Source of the DNA: Phoronis australis
Taxonomy: Eukaryota; Animalia; Phoronida
NCBI GenBank assembly: GCA_002633005.1
Contig: NMRA01000171.1
Coordinates: 664,669-728,668, forward strand
DNA length: 64,000 nt
Reading direction: 5' to 3'
Part shown: piece after piece, positions 36,101-48,394 of the stretch
Layout: every line of letters starts with the position of its first letter
How positions within the stretch are numbered: the stretch's first letter is position 1
The notes under the pieces: model-generated
Told to the model about the DNA's origin: nothing
The model's input: the letters and a program-made list of their open reading frames with translations, nothing else
Databases searched by the model: none
Made by a program: the position numbers and the translations under genes

Positions 36101-36780
36101 GCTTCGCAGTTAGCGCATATAAAAATATTTCCGTAAAAGATGCTTTGTTAGGTTTTTGCAATAGAAGTTTGTTTGTATATGCTATCGTATTTTGCTTATC
36201 GAAAATGTTTATATATAGGGAGAAGTTTAAAGAAGCTGTACATATTTTTGATTACTTACGGGTTTATATCATAGATTATTGTAAAATTGATTAACTGATT
36301 TGTAAACAACATTTTGAGTTGAAGCGACACATAACTAAGTGGAAAGATCTTGCATATTTAATTTAGATTCTCTGTAGCCATCATATTTGGTATTTAGTCT
36401 TGTTATTTGTGGCTAAGTGCGCACACTTGCTATGTTTATGTTTTATAAATAATGAAGAGGAATGTGAAGAGGAAGTCTGACGACGATTTTCCGAAGATTT
36501 CTTCTACTGTGGCGCCACTTAGTGGCAGTTAATATGTTTTGTGAATCTATAGTCTCTCTGTGGCAATTTTTTTTCGTTTTCTTCGGTTTCTCAGAAGTTC
36601 CTTGACGGGTTTTTATGAAATTCGGTAAATAGCTTTGATGACACGTACCTGTTTACGGATGGATCGACGTATTTTGCGTCATCTAATGGCCATTTCTATG
36701 TTCCAAATAAACATATCCCAAGAAGCACACAGATTGCGGTGCATTGTGGGCGCATTTCAACGCTCCGCGTAACTCTTGTT
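33150..36780 (+). mobile_element. Helentron/HINE copy split by a LINE insertion (HINE parts ~33150-33970 and ~36460-36780)
   Basis: The same subrepeats occur on both sides. The 3' terminus TGTGGGCGCATTTCAACGCTCCGCGTAACTCTTGTT ends at 36780. Confidence 0.7.
33975..36370 (+). mobile_element. Degenerate L1/Tx1-clade non-LTR retrotransposon, ORF2 3' part (interrupted at 34851-36120)
   Basis: Frameshifted peptides YENGGLKMP, PLWYDNDIMIGGKTVFYKRWFENG, KWFNYRIVHNILP and CSF..SIVHLFWEC, typical of the post-RT/zf-RVT region. Confidence 0.75.
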
Positions 36781-36789
36781 ATATTTGCC

Positions 36790-38056
36790 CATAGGCGGAT
36801 TTAGGGGGGGGCAGGGCCCCCCCGTTTTGGCTGCCGCAAAAAATAAAACAGCAACAGCGTAGAGAAATGTTGAGTTTATTAATTAACCCCGGTAATTAAA
36901 ATTATACGGCTGAAACAAGATTTAAATGTGTGCAGTTCTAGTGTTTGGGGGGGGGGGGGGGGNNNNNNNNNNNNNNNNNNNNNNNNNNNNNNNNNNNNNN
37001 NNGCTCAGATCCAATTTCAAGTGTCGAATTCGGAACACGGCGCAATCGTTACGGAACTCATGGCTAAGTATAGGCTCTCCCGCGATTAGTCCCCTGCACA
37101 GACCCACGAGATTGGTTATCCGTGACGTCATCTTGTGAGGCCCGGGAACCAGGCGTGCGTTCAGTAGACGTTAAGACCTACGCTAGGACCTAGCCAAAGT
37201 CTAGTCAAGGTTACGTGTTCTCATTTAAAATACACGGCAATATCTCACGTAATCTCGCGAAGTCTTGCTTTTTAGCGAGGTCCTAGCGTTATTGAACGGG
37301 AGGCTGGTTATCCCGCGATATCCCAGGCGACCGGCAGTGGCGCTGGGCACAACGACTCCGTTTCCGTCGTCTGCTCCACTGTGCAATGAAGAAAATTACT
37401 TCATTTTTTAAAGAAAATGGAATCTGAGTGATGATGAAAAAACAGAAGCTGCTGGTAAGATGTCAATTTTAATCGAAGCCTTAGTGAATCACTCAGAAAC
37501 TCACAATTCTCTCTTTGTCAAAACTTAACTTAAGACGATTTCCAAAGCAATCGCGTTATTATTGCCAATACAAAAAAACGGATTTGGTCTTTTGGGCAAT
37601 TGAAGACTATTTTAACTACAACAAATTTGTTACGAACTGATTGCACAAAATATAAAACATATAATAAGCATTACAAAAAGAAGGAGGTTTCTCTCGCAAA
37701 TGCTGTGGACCATAAACAAGTAGGTCTCTTAGAGTCAAATTAGGAGTTAAATCGTGGTGGTGCACTGGTAAAGCACGCGCGCTCTATCCGCCATGTCGTG
37801 AGTACGAGTCTGTGGTAGGCCCTATTTGCAGTTTTCCTGTTTGACACTTTCTCCGTGTTTTTTTTTTGCCTTTTTTCTTGGATAATACTTCGGGAATCAA
37901 GGAAAATGCTCGATTTTTAGAGGAAAAAACAAAAAAATTTACTGGGCGGGAGGGGGGCAAACCCCCCCCCCCTATGTGCATCTACAATCGTGCTTTGAGC
38001 AAATATTTACAGACAAAATGTTGGGCCCCTCGTGTGATATCTTAGATCCGCCATTG
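36790..38056. mobile_element. Non-autonomous hAT-like element with 5-bp TSD (contains N gap 36963-37002)
   Basis: TIRs CATAGGCGGATTTAG / CTTAGATCCGCCATTG; the direct repeat TTGCC lies on both sides (36785-36789, 38057-38061). Confidence 0.7.
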
Positions 38057-38839
38057 TTGCCTCTTCATCTTCAATGTTCCTTGACAGTTTTCAGGATTTT
38101 TCCGGAGCAGGATTATTACAACTGCACCTTCCCATTTCGAGATGCTAAACCACTCGGAAGATTATCGTGGAAGTTGGCAGATGTGTTTGTAGTGACAAAA
38201 GCACGACTAACGTTAATTCCCAGCTTCATTGGTGCCCCCTATTGACATTTTGGGCCTCTGCGACCATGTCTTCTAAGCCTCGTACAAGTTATGAGAAATT
38301 TGGCAAGTGTATTCACATACTAAAGGTCGACAATTCTGACTACCTCGTTACCTCCTGGTGCAATCTGTTTTTAAGTTTGTCTCTGTATCTGTTGAGTTCC
38401 TCATCAAAGATTATCATAGGCGGCAGACGTGAGCTCATTTCAAAGTTTCGCGTTGCTTTCGTTAAACTTATATCGAGGACTGTTTAGTGGTATGACTCAC
38501 CACGGGACATTAGGTTTCAAACAGTGGCGAGGGTCACAAAAATCGAGTTCCATAAAAGTGTATATGCGAAACGTTTGTTTTGACTCAATAGAGGCCTCCA
38601 GGTGCTTGCAACCTTTTTGTGCTTCCGCCATATTAATTTAATTTGAAAAAGAACTGATTGTTCTATGGAGCCTGTGGAGGCTTCTTCAGACTCAGCTGTG
38701 CAGAGTCAGAAAATCCATTTGTCGTTTTCTTTTTGGTCTACTGTCATAACCTTTCCTGCTGATGTGCCTTTTAGAGGTTCATTGTAGGCCAGAGAGCGTA
38801 ATGGAACCTGGAATCACTGCTTTTGCAGTTTAAGGCTAT

Positions 38840-41800
38840 CCTGGCGCTCAATAAACTACAAAGTATTTTAAACGATTTTAATGGTAAAATTATCTACCTT
38901 GATCCAGCGAATGTCGGAAAGACAACGTCGGAAATTTGCGAAATTTTAGAACGGGGCTCTTTTCCAGGAAATTGACTTAGCTAAGACAAATCTTAACTTT
39001 CAGGCCTTACCACACAAGTTGCAGATTACTGGCTGTTTAGCTGCCAACGAAAGAGATAATGACATTTTAAGTTATTTCCAAGTTCGGAAAACACGGTCGA
39101 AAAATGACGGTGGCCGGTGCAGAAGCACAATTTCTGGAAGAGCTTGTTATATTCCATCATGCAATAGTCTCAGTGAAATGCAACTCAGCAATGATTTGAT
39201 CTCAGTAAAGACTGTACCAAACATTATTATCCTGTGACGGCTCATTCGGGATTTTCAATTGTTCATAGATGATTGAATGAAGTATTTTAATTTATTTTAT
39301 TCGAAATTTAAAAATTTCAAATGACATGTGCCAGTGTCAATTACTATTAATTCGAGAACAGGACGTCTAATCCAGAAAAGTGTGAAGAAATGTTGACGTA
39401 GTATTTACAATATTCCATTAGAACAACAACACTTTCAACNAACACTTTCAACAACAACAACAACACCTTCAACAAGAATAACATTACAACAACATTACAA
39501 TAACATTACAACAACAACAACAACAACAACAACAAGAACATTGATAAAAGTAACGGCAATTGTATGAGTAATCCATCGTCTACATAACACCAATACAAGT
39601 TATTTCTATGCAAAAGGGTCAATGTTCTGAGACAGAGAATTGCGAAGATGAGATCAGAGGTAGCTCAAGACAAAACGTGAAAATTCGACCACAATTGTAT
39701 GAACTATCGGCTTTTTTGCACTAGCCATAAGGTGTGACTCCGTGTTATCACCTATATGTAACATGATTGACTGTCTGAGCAAATGACTCATAGTACAAAA
39801 TAGTAAGTTATAAACCGTGGAAATATTTTAAATCTTGTAGTCAGGATGCAGGGTTAAAAATGCTAAGATGAGGTAAAAGCTCTGCGCAAGTTCTAAACGG
39901 ACTGCTTTGGTCATTTTAAACAGTGTTCTATGATTTTGGCCCGCTATTTGGCAATCGTCTCTCCACAGCAACAGACCTCAATGACGAGGAGTTCTCTGTG
40001 TTACTGAGTTAATTATTGGGAATGAAGGTCTGGCAAATTTTCGAACCCTTTGTACTGTTTGTATTTCGACAAACACGCCTCGTAAGCTACGTATGCAGTC
40101 TGTATAGCAACGAATGCTGTTCAACTGATACCGAAACATTGTGACGTCTCATAAAACCATTCTAGTATGATTTTGAATTGAAGCAGCTAGTCAAATCTCT
40201 CTGTCAAGATCACGGTAGGTAGTGAAGGCTTTTTTAACCAAAACAACTGTGGAATACCTGCATACAATAGCCTATCATTGTTTCCAACAACGAAGTAACT
40301 TTTCCAAAATGTTGTAAAATAAATTTGAATATTTCTTTTTGGAAAATCTTTGAATTGCGTCATCAAAACATGACCATCTCATTTTGCCTGAGACTTTTGT
40401 CTCAGTGTATTTAGCTTGCGAATTTTAAGTCGTATTTGACAACTTTAAGTACTGGTTCAATTTGCTTGATCAACAGGACAGTCTTCCAAAGAAACAGTTT
40501 TTAAGTGGCGTAATTTTGTATCTCTTTTTCAAGAATTAAACCGATCGCGTTTCACAACTACACCTGTGATTTTCGCGCGTCCTGTACCTGTAGTATTTAT
40601 CTGTCCTTTACATTGGAGACAAGATAATTTAAACCATTTATCTTTATCTTTGTCCTACTTTTGGAGTAACGCGAACGGTGCGCTATTTTGTCGTATGAGA
40701 TTACTCTGTGAACTCTAAGCATAGAAATGCCCACCCTGACGTGGCAAAGCTTTTTTGTAATTTGTTTTCTTCTTGTTGCCAGGCCTGTCTTCAGTGACCG
40801 TAAGGTTACTGGTATGACTTTTCTGGTTAGCGTCAACAGAACTTTCTCTACCGAGGGGTAAGTAATAACTAGAAAAATGATATATATATACGCTGCAGCA
40901 TGGAGGGGTCATATCCCACCCAATTACATGAAACATGTGAGGCCGAGTCTGCTGTATCCAGAGGACTCAAGAAATCATTCCCCTTGATCTATGGTAGGAT
41001 GGTTATCCTGTTATTTGAACCACTGACGTTATTCAATTTTCTCATGGGTTGCATACTACGTGCATTTCGAGCGCTTTTGGCACTTCACACCCCATCTTGA
41101 TGGTGAATGGCGCTATTCAAGTTCCAAGCCTTCATAAAGGTGGTTTAACAAAACCAGGTTTGAGATCAGATTTACACCTGGCCTACCCACAACATGTAAT
41201 TCGCCAACGTGGTTTAAAAGTCTGGTTTTGTTGGACTTGGGTTTAGCAAAGCCAGATTTAAAGTCTCCAAGCCACCCCACTGTGTCGATCTGAATTAACC
41301 CAACAAAGAAACTAGTGAAGTGCTTCGATGAAACCTTAATCATGTGGGTATACACTGGCACACAGCAGTAGAATCAATGTAGACATTTGCGAAAAAGGTT
41401 TAAAAGCTTTTTTTCATGAGGAAAAATTTTCCCTCCCAGAATTGATCTTTGAGAAAGCCAATGTTACAGAGAACAAGAAAATTGGTGCCAAATCAAATCA
41501 ACGTAAGCAGCAGACTTTTAGAGATATTGATCCAGACTGGCTGTACAGTTGCCACAATCGGAGAAAAGCAGCGACAAACAATTAAAGGGTATCACTAAAA
41601 ATGAAGTCCAGAAAGAAAATGTCATCATTGAAAAAATTGGAAAGAAAAACTGTGAGGGGACCCAGTGGTAGAGGGGACATTTTTCATTTTGTAATGTCTT
41701 TGCCCAGCATACGTACACTCATTAAAGTACTTGTTCACGATTAGCCGCAACATATGAAATGCCTAAATTTATTTCCGTGTCATTTTAGTGTTCATTTTTT

Positions 41801-41900
41801 GCGGCCAAAGACGTAGGGGCATTACCCTTACCCGGCAACCTTAAACCGGGGACCAATGGAGGTGGAACTCAGTCAGAAAAATCAGAAGATGCCGTCTTCA
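38840..41900 (-). pseudogene. Heavily decayed hAT (ZMYM1-like) transposase relic
   Basis: Colinear remnants on the minus strand: FYCCVP (TTF-finger-like), FHVIGWDMTP (~YSIILDCTP), VISYD (~GQSYD), RWSCFDDAIQRF (~TRW). Many stops and frameshifts. Confidence 0.45.
39422..39540. repeat. (CAA)n-rich microsatellite
   Basis: Imperfect CAA tract. Confidence 0.9.
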
Positions 41901-41978
41901 GTCAACCCGGCCGTAGCGCTTGCGACGATGACATCATGTGCTTCACCAGTCGTATTCTGCAACATGTACTGGTCTACG

Positions 41979-42134
41979 CATAGGCGTATCCAAGGAGGTC
42001 AAGGGGACCGGTCCTCTGTTTTCCCTTGATTTTAGTGACATCAAATCTATAATTATCAAATTGTTGACTTGAACCTCCCTTTTAAAAATCCTTGATCCGA
42101 GCCCCCCCTTTGAAAAATCTTAGATCTGCCCCTG
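41979..42134. mobile_element. hAT-type MITE with 5-bp TSD
   Basis: CATAGGCGTATCCAAG...CTTAGATCTGCCCCTG, flanked by CTACG on both sides. Confidence 0.75.
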
Positions 42135-43699
42135 CTACGTTTGACCTTGTGTCGTTGTAAATCTGAATATTGAAAATAGTCCGGAGTTTATGACAAACAG
42201 AGGGTGGTACGTGGGATTGGAAATTAGACCTCACGATTAAATGGTCGCACGTGTAGTTAGCATAAACTCCTATTCAATCCTCGCTATAGTGGTCAGCAGT
42301 GTTTGTGGTCTACAGAGACATACTGATGTTACAGCGATTTTATTTTTTTTTCTTCAGTTGCGTGTCAACGGGTAAAACCCAGATGCTGATACCAGACACG
42401 CCACGTAACGTTTCGACCGAATTCCTAATTGGACGTTGTGACAAAGGGACTCTCACGTTTCATGTGACTCCAAGGACCCGAACGGATGACGTGGTATGAT
42501 TAATGCATGGGTTATTTCACGTACTCTCACACCCGAAATTGATCTCGTCCAAACCTCTGTACTGTCACAGTGTTCAGCAAAACGGATTTTTATATTTAGT
42601 TCAAATTTTTGATATATTTTCCATCGATTAAAAATTGTTAAGTTAACATAGGCTTCCTGGGAGATTAATTTAGTTCCAGTCATACACCCGTTTTGAGCGA
42701 TATGTCAAATCTTGGATAAAATTGACTGCTTTACCTGACGCAAGTTTATGTTTGTTGATAGGACCTTCCCCCTTTCTTCGTGAGAGTGCAAGTTTCAAAA
42801 CATTTTAGAAAAATTCGTTCGCATGATAAATTACAGTCGCTTCCTGATCTTTCTTGAAAGAAAATATAGAAATTGCTCAATTCCCGAGCATCCTCACGCC
42901 ACGCCATATTATTACGGAGCTTACTTTGCGGGTCGATGGGGCTCCTCTTCCTAGCTTGATACCCCCTCCAATAATGTGTTGGTTGATGAAACAATATAGT
43001 TGGTAGTTTGTTACGGGAGCACAAATTTTCCTACTCTAGGATGCCACNTGTGTTCACTGCCATAGACCTCTGTAATAGTGTTCAAGCGCACATGATTACA
43101 TTTTTTAAATCGCCCAAGGATCAAAGGCTGCTCTGCATTTACTTCGCGCCGGGTCAACCGGCTAAGATATATTTTGATTGGTTCGTACACCAGAATTCGC
43201 CGCCGAGAACCTATCAGATGTCTTATTAAATGTGGTAAAGCACAGCTCATCAACGGTTATTTTTTCTCTTTCAGATGGTACACCTTACCTTTTACTCGGG
43301 TTCCATTCCCCACGACCCGCCACCCACGTGTTCAATACCGTTCCCGGAATACTCGTACAAAATTCCTACGACAACCAACATATCCGAGTCTCTTCTGCCA
43401 GGCTGTTTTACAACAGCGACGCGCTACTACTTGACTTATTATTGGTTTCGTATTCTGGATTGGACGTTTGCCTAATTCACTGTGGTTATTTTGACCATAG
43501 ATTAAATACTTTGAGGAAGTAAAATCTGTGTTGACTTAACCGACACGTTTTATACAGACATGGTTCAGTACCGTCTCTTATTTTCCCTGAACTGAACGTT
43601 TATGTCTTAACTGTTTTTACATTCTATAATGAGAATGAGACTTGCATGCTGGATTGAATATTTTCATGTTACTAATACCTCCGAGACCTCTCGTCTCCT

Positions 43700-43870
43700 T
43701 CTCTGGGTTAATGTTATGACTAACCATTTGCATGACTCGGGACATGAGTTTGGCAATAAGAATGTTGAGATCTTGACTTGCAGAGAAAAGAACTCGTTTG
43801 ATAGCGGAATACAAGACATTCCGTTACACACCGTCACATACAAACTGTCCTCGGCGTGGAACGCACCACA
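43700..43870 (+). mobile_element. Penelope-like element fragment (C-terminal GIY-YIG endonuclease region)
   Basis: HLHDSGHEFGNKNVEILTCREKNSFDSGIQ resembles the PLE motif HLxxxGHxFxxxNVxILxRExxxFxRGxKE. Confidence 0.6.
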
Positions 43871-44330
43871 AAACAAACAAGTTCCCAAGAGACCAGAGGT
43901 CCCGCCACTAAATTCATACATCCCATCGAAGTCAAAGAGTGGAAAATTACACTGCACCACTTTATCTTGTTCGTAACATATGGCCTGTATTAATGCACCA
44001 GGGTACAGTACTTGAGTAGCTGTCTCGCAGCTAAATAATATAGAGAAAATCACATCTTCTCCTTCAAAATGCACGACAGTCTGGCGACGTCTTGCTTTTC
44101 TAGCGAGGTCCTAGTGTTACTGAACTCTACCCTGGGCACGCTGTTTTACCATCACACTCCAATCAGACGAACATAATACTGCGAATTAAAGTGCTTTTGA
44201 AAATGGGAGTCATAGAATAGGGGTAAAGCGTAGAGACGAGGAGTCTGGAAAATAAAAGTAATTTTGAGTGACTTCAGATTCATTTTTATTTCCAGTATTT
44301 GTCACTTTGGAGATGCATTTCGTTTTTTAT

Positions 44331-44333
<3 letters not shown>

Positions 44334-44384
<51 letters not shown>
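44334..44384. repeat. (TA)n microsatellite
   Basis: ~25 TA units. Confidence 0.98.
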
Positions 44385-44387
<3 letters not shown>

Positions 44388-44676
44388 ATGACACCACTTT
44401 CTCGCCCCTTCATGCCAAAGATAAATTTGTCAACTATGTAGTAGACAGTGAACATATCATGATAAAATCACAGAAATGTGGTGAAAATGAATAGTAATGT
44501 GAACTCTCAATAATTTTGGACAAAATAATTTGCACCACACCGCTGTGGTTCAATTTGCTGCTACGTATCTTTTATGAAAAGAATGGAAATCAACATTGCA
44601 CCTGTCAGCCACGTTGTGTCTAAAATGATTGGGATTTACCGTACAGAAATTTGGTAATCTGTAAACTATGCACCTG

Positions 44677-45048
44677 AACAACATACTTCCGGGAACGTAT
44701 TGACGTCTTATCACAAAGATCACATCATCTGAACAACATACTTCCGGGAACGTATTGACGTCATATCACAAAGATCACATCATCCGAACAACATACTTCC
44801 GGGAACGTATTGACGTCATATCACCAAGATTGCATCATCTCAACAACATACTTCCGGGAACGTATTGACGTCATATCACAAAGATTGCATCATCTCAGCA
44901 ACATACTTCCGGGAACGTATTGACGTCATATCACAAAGATCACATCATCCGAACAACATACTTCCGGGAACGTACTGACGTCATATCACAAAGATTGCAT
45001 CATCTCAACAACATACTTCCGGGAACGTATTGACGTCATATCACAAAG
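44677..45048. repeat. 55-bp minisatellite x6.8
   Basis: AACAACATACTTCCGGGAACGTATTGACGTCATATCACAAAGAT... at 44677, 44732, 44787, 44842, 44897, 44952 and 45007. Confidence 0.97.
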
Positions 45049-48000
45049 AATACAAATGAACGTATTCATACAGAACTAGTTTATTGTGCGAATCAACATC
45101 AATCAACAAATTACACACCAATAACAACAACTGAAATTTTTCATTTAATTTTCACCCGTCTCTATTGCAGTATAAACCTATCAAAAAGAGAGGTAATCGA
45201 TAGCTTTAGTTCGTTGTACGAATTTTACCTGATGATCGAACAATAATCACAGTTTGGTTTTATCCAAAACATATCGATCAAGTTTGGATTCAACCTTAAG
45301 TTGGTAAACATAACTGAAGACGTTTTCAGAATAGCTCTTTTGTAACACAGCATTTCTTAACGACACTGAAAGCGAATAAGCAGTAGAATTTGAACTTATT
45401 GCTGATAGTTAAAACGGGTATAAACGCATGTTCTGTTCTAATTTAGACCACATAGCGCTATAAAACTGATCTCAACTGGTTCCTCGTTCATGATTGGCTT
45501 GGAAAATCTTGAGCTGACAGTCGCTACTGCTGTGAGACCATACTCGGAGAATAAAACGAGCCGCTGTGACAAGCCAACATACAGGGCCTGGCTTCAAGCC
45601 GTATGAGGTTCTTCCACGACTAGAAATCACTTGATTTCACTAAGGAACAATTCGACACCGGTGTCATAACGATAAATGGTCCTACCTCAAAATGTCATTT
45701 GTGGCAGAAGGTGGGTTTATAGCCGACAACTGCTAATTACAGACTAAATGCATATCACAGATGTTGCCTAAGTAACATCAATAGAAATTGAATAAAAATC
45801 CTATCATTTTACGGCATAACTGAGAAGTTTATCTATCAATTCGTTTGCCGTAATAATCAAACAAGGTTTTATTGACTTATGTCACCGAATCAAGTAAAGT
45901 TCAATAGACTTTTTTCCTCGTCGAGAAATTACAGACAGGCGAAAATTATGAAGTTTGCCCGCTTGCTTTTTGACTGATTCTCCGGAAACGTGATTTGTTG
46001 TGCTATAAAACGAGTTTGGAAAATCTTGCATTGTACAAAGGAAGTGAGAGTTCTTTGGCATAATAAAAGCATGCTCTTTATCAACGCACACCTTTTTCTA
46101 CAAACTCCCACGCAATGCAAATAAATACACAAACAAATCACGGTCAACAAATTTTGACTTCTTGGAAATCATAGGCAACCAGCAATACTCAAGTGTTGCT
46201 AAAATATACATGTATTAAACTATAAGGTTGTGTAGGATCTTAAAATGTCTAAATTAGACTACCGAACGTCATATTTCATAAATGGCTGATAAGACTCATA
46301 GGAAACATTCAGTGGCATGCTTCATTCGCTGTTCTACAAAACTTTGTCCAGAACTGTTGTTGAATGAAAACGAAAACGAAATGATAATTCACAGATTCTG
46401 AAGTGTTCCTTAGATTTCATCTTCAATATTTACATCAAACAAACGCTGTTTTTCTAAGAGAGTAACTTTCTTTTTTTCCTAAATTTTAATAAAAACACAT
46501 GACCACGCGACCTAGTTAAAGGCAGATTAGTTTGAAGTCAAGAATCACATTGTACAAGGATTCTATTTACGGAAAAGATGTATTTTTAATGATTCAAAAA
46601 TGTAGAGTATAGAATGACTAGCTACATACATAGCTTTTAGCTTTGTCGATCAGGTCGTACATACTCTGAATATCAATTTTTAGCCAAGTCTAATCTAGTG
46701 ATGTCTGAAATTTACGGGATGAGGGTTAAACAAACGGCAAACGGTCTGACGCCACAATTCCATCGGACGTGCCCAGGTCACATGGGTCGATGGGTATATG
46801 TTCGCACCCGTCGCACCCCTTGGCAGACTTGTTTTGAAATGGTGCCAATAGCTTATGCCTTAGTTACCAGACTATGAGGCAGAGGAATGTCGACGGTAAC
46901 CGGAAGAAGAGCCCAGCCTTTCCCAAAACAAGTACGTATTATCTGATAAACGTAGCATGAGGCTAAAAATGGAATGATTGGTTCTGGGTCAGAGTAGTTT
47001 TGAGACCTGCATCCTATTTCAGCAGGCACCCGACGCGAATAGTAAAAAAGTATCTCAGCTGGCATCCCAGTCAGGTGACTTTCTTTTTTGAAAACATAGA
47101 CATCCAAAAATACCGCCATGATCACCTTATCAATTACGTAAAATACCACAGACCAGAAACAACGATGCTTTTTTGTGTGACCGAGAAATTTGCAGCATAA
47201 AACCCACCACCAGCTTACCTTTTCAAAGCCAGGCTACATAATTATCATCTGAAAGCAGGGCCCAGACTTTATATAAGGCTACATATGGGCTGATACGCCG
47301 TCCACACTCAAGCCAGCAGGTGTCGCAAATGAATGCTGATGAGGGGCAATTCGAAGGATGTTTACCCTACTTTCGGAGTGTCAGCCTACTTTTTGAAATA
47401 TCTTCATAATCTCGTGCAAGGAACAACATTGCTATTGATATTCAACATGTGATACATAAACCAGCCATAACTAAGTTGTTGACAACAAACATTAATTTCC
47501 TAACGCTTCCTAAGTTTTTAAAAGGTTTAGATATGTAACACTTCCAAGGACACGTATCGTTCTGACGTCCAACCTACGTTGGTTAGTACCAGTTCTAAAC
47601 ATTCCTCATTGGACTGCCAGTTGCAATTCTCTTTAAATCTTCGGCCCTAACAAAATTCAGCACGCATGAACACTGCACAACACAACATATATAGGAAAAC
47701 CTTCGGAAATTGCAGTAAACTTGGCGTCAAGACAAAACGAGAATATTTTTCTCAAAAGAAACCACTTCCGGGGATATGAAAACACCTGGATTTCAAAGGA
47801 TTCTCACAATATATTGGAAAATTGTCCTCGCTTGCTGTAATTGCAGCAATAATTCCATAGCAAATGATCACGACTGAGACAGAAGTCAAGGGGGGCTAGG
47901 TCACTTCCACCCGCTAAATGATATGAGTAGTAGTTTTGTTTAGGTGCCCTATTTGGGAGGGTCTTCGGTAAAAGATCATAAGTGGAGGGTGAAAGACTAA

Positions 48001-48394
48001 AGGTGACGTGTGATTACTGACTTGTTATGGTGTTGTTTACGCCGGTGAATTGGAATCGGTGTTGTCAAAGACACGAAAGATACTACGCGATCAACATGGA
48101 TATTACGAAGTTCGTGGTCATCCTGTAACTGAGACGATCAATGACGCGTAAAGATTGTCATGTAAGCCTGTTGTAATCGCCGACGGATACGGTCATGAAT
48201 GTCACCAAACAGGCAACTGTCGCTGCACTGATATCGCACGAATTTTACTGACCGCATAAAAGAGTGCAGAACGACAATTTCTTCAGTGCACTGGACACGA
48301 AATATAGACGACATTCTAACTTGGCAATTACATTGTGGACAAAATTACATTTCCTGGATACTTTGAATCAAGACTTTGTAAACGCAAAGTTCGT

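Noticed and set aside
42340-42425. Hammerhead ribozyme (minus-strand GAAAC...CTGAAGA), also CTGATGAG at ~47335
   Set aside because: Stems I and III cannot be formed around the core, and the 47335 site lacks GAAA.
43664-44074. 136-aa minus-strand ORF as a novel gene
   Set aside because: It is antisense to a Penelope endonuclease relic and overlaps a MITE; no splice or homology support.
44677-45048. CRISPR-like appearance of the 55-bp array
   Set aside because: No unique spacers, eukaryotic context and no cas genes; it is a minisatellite.
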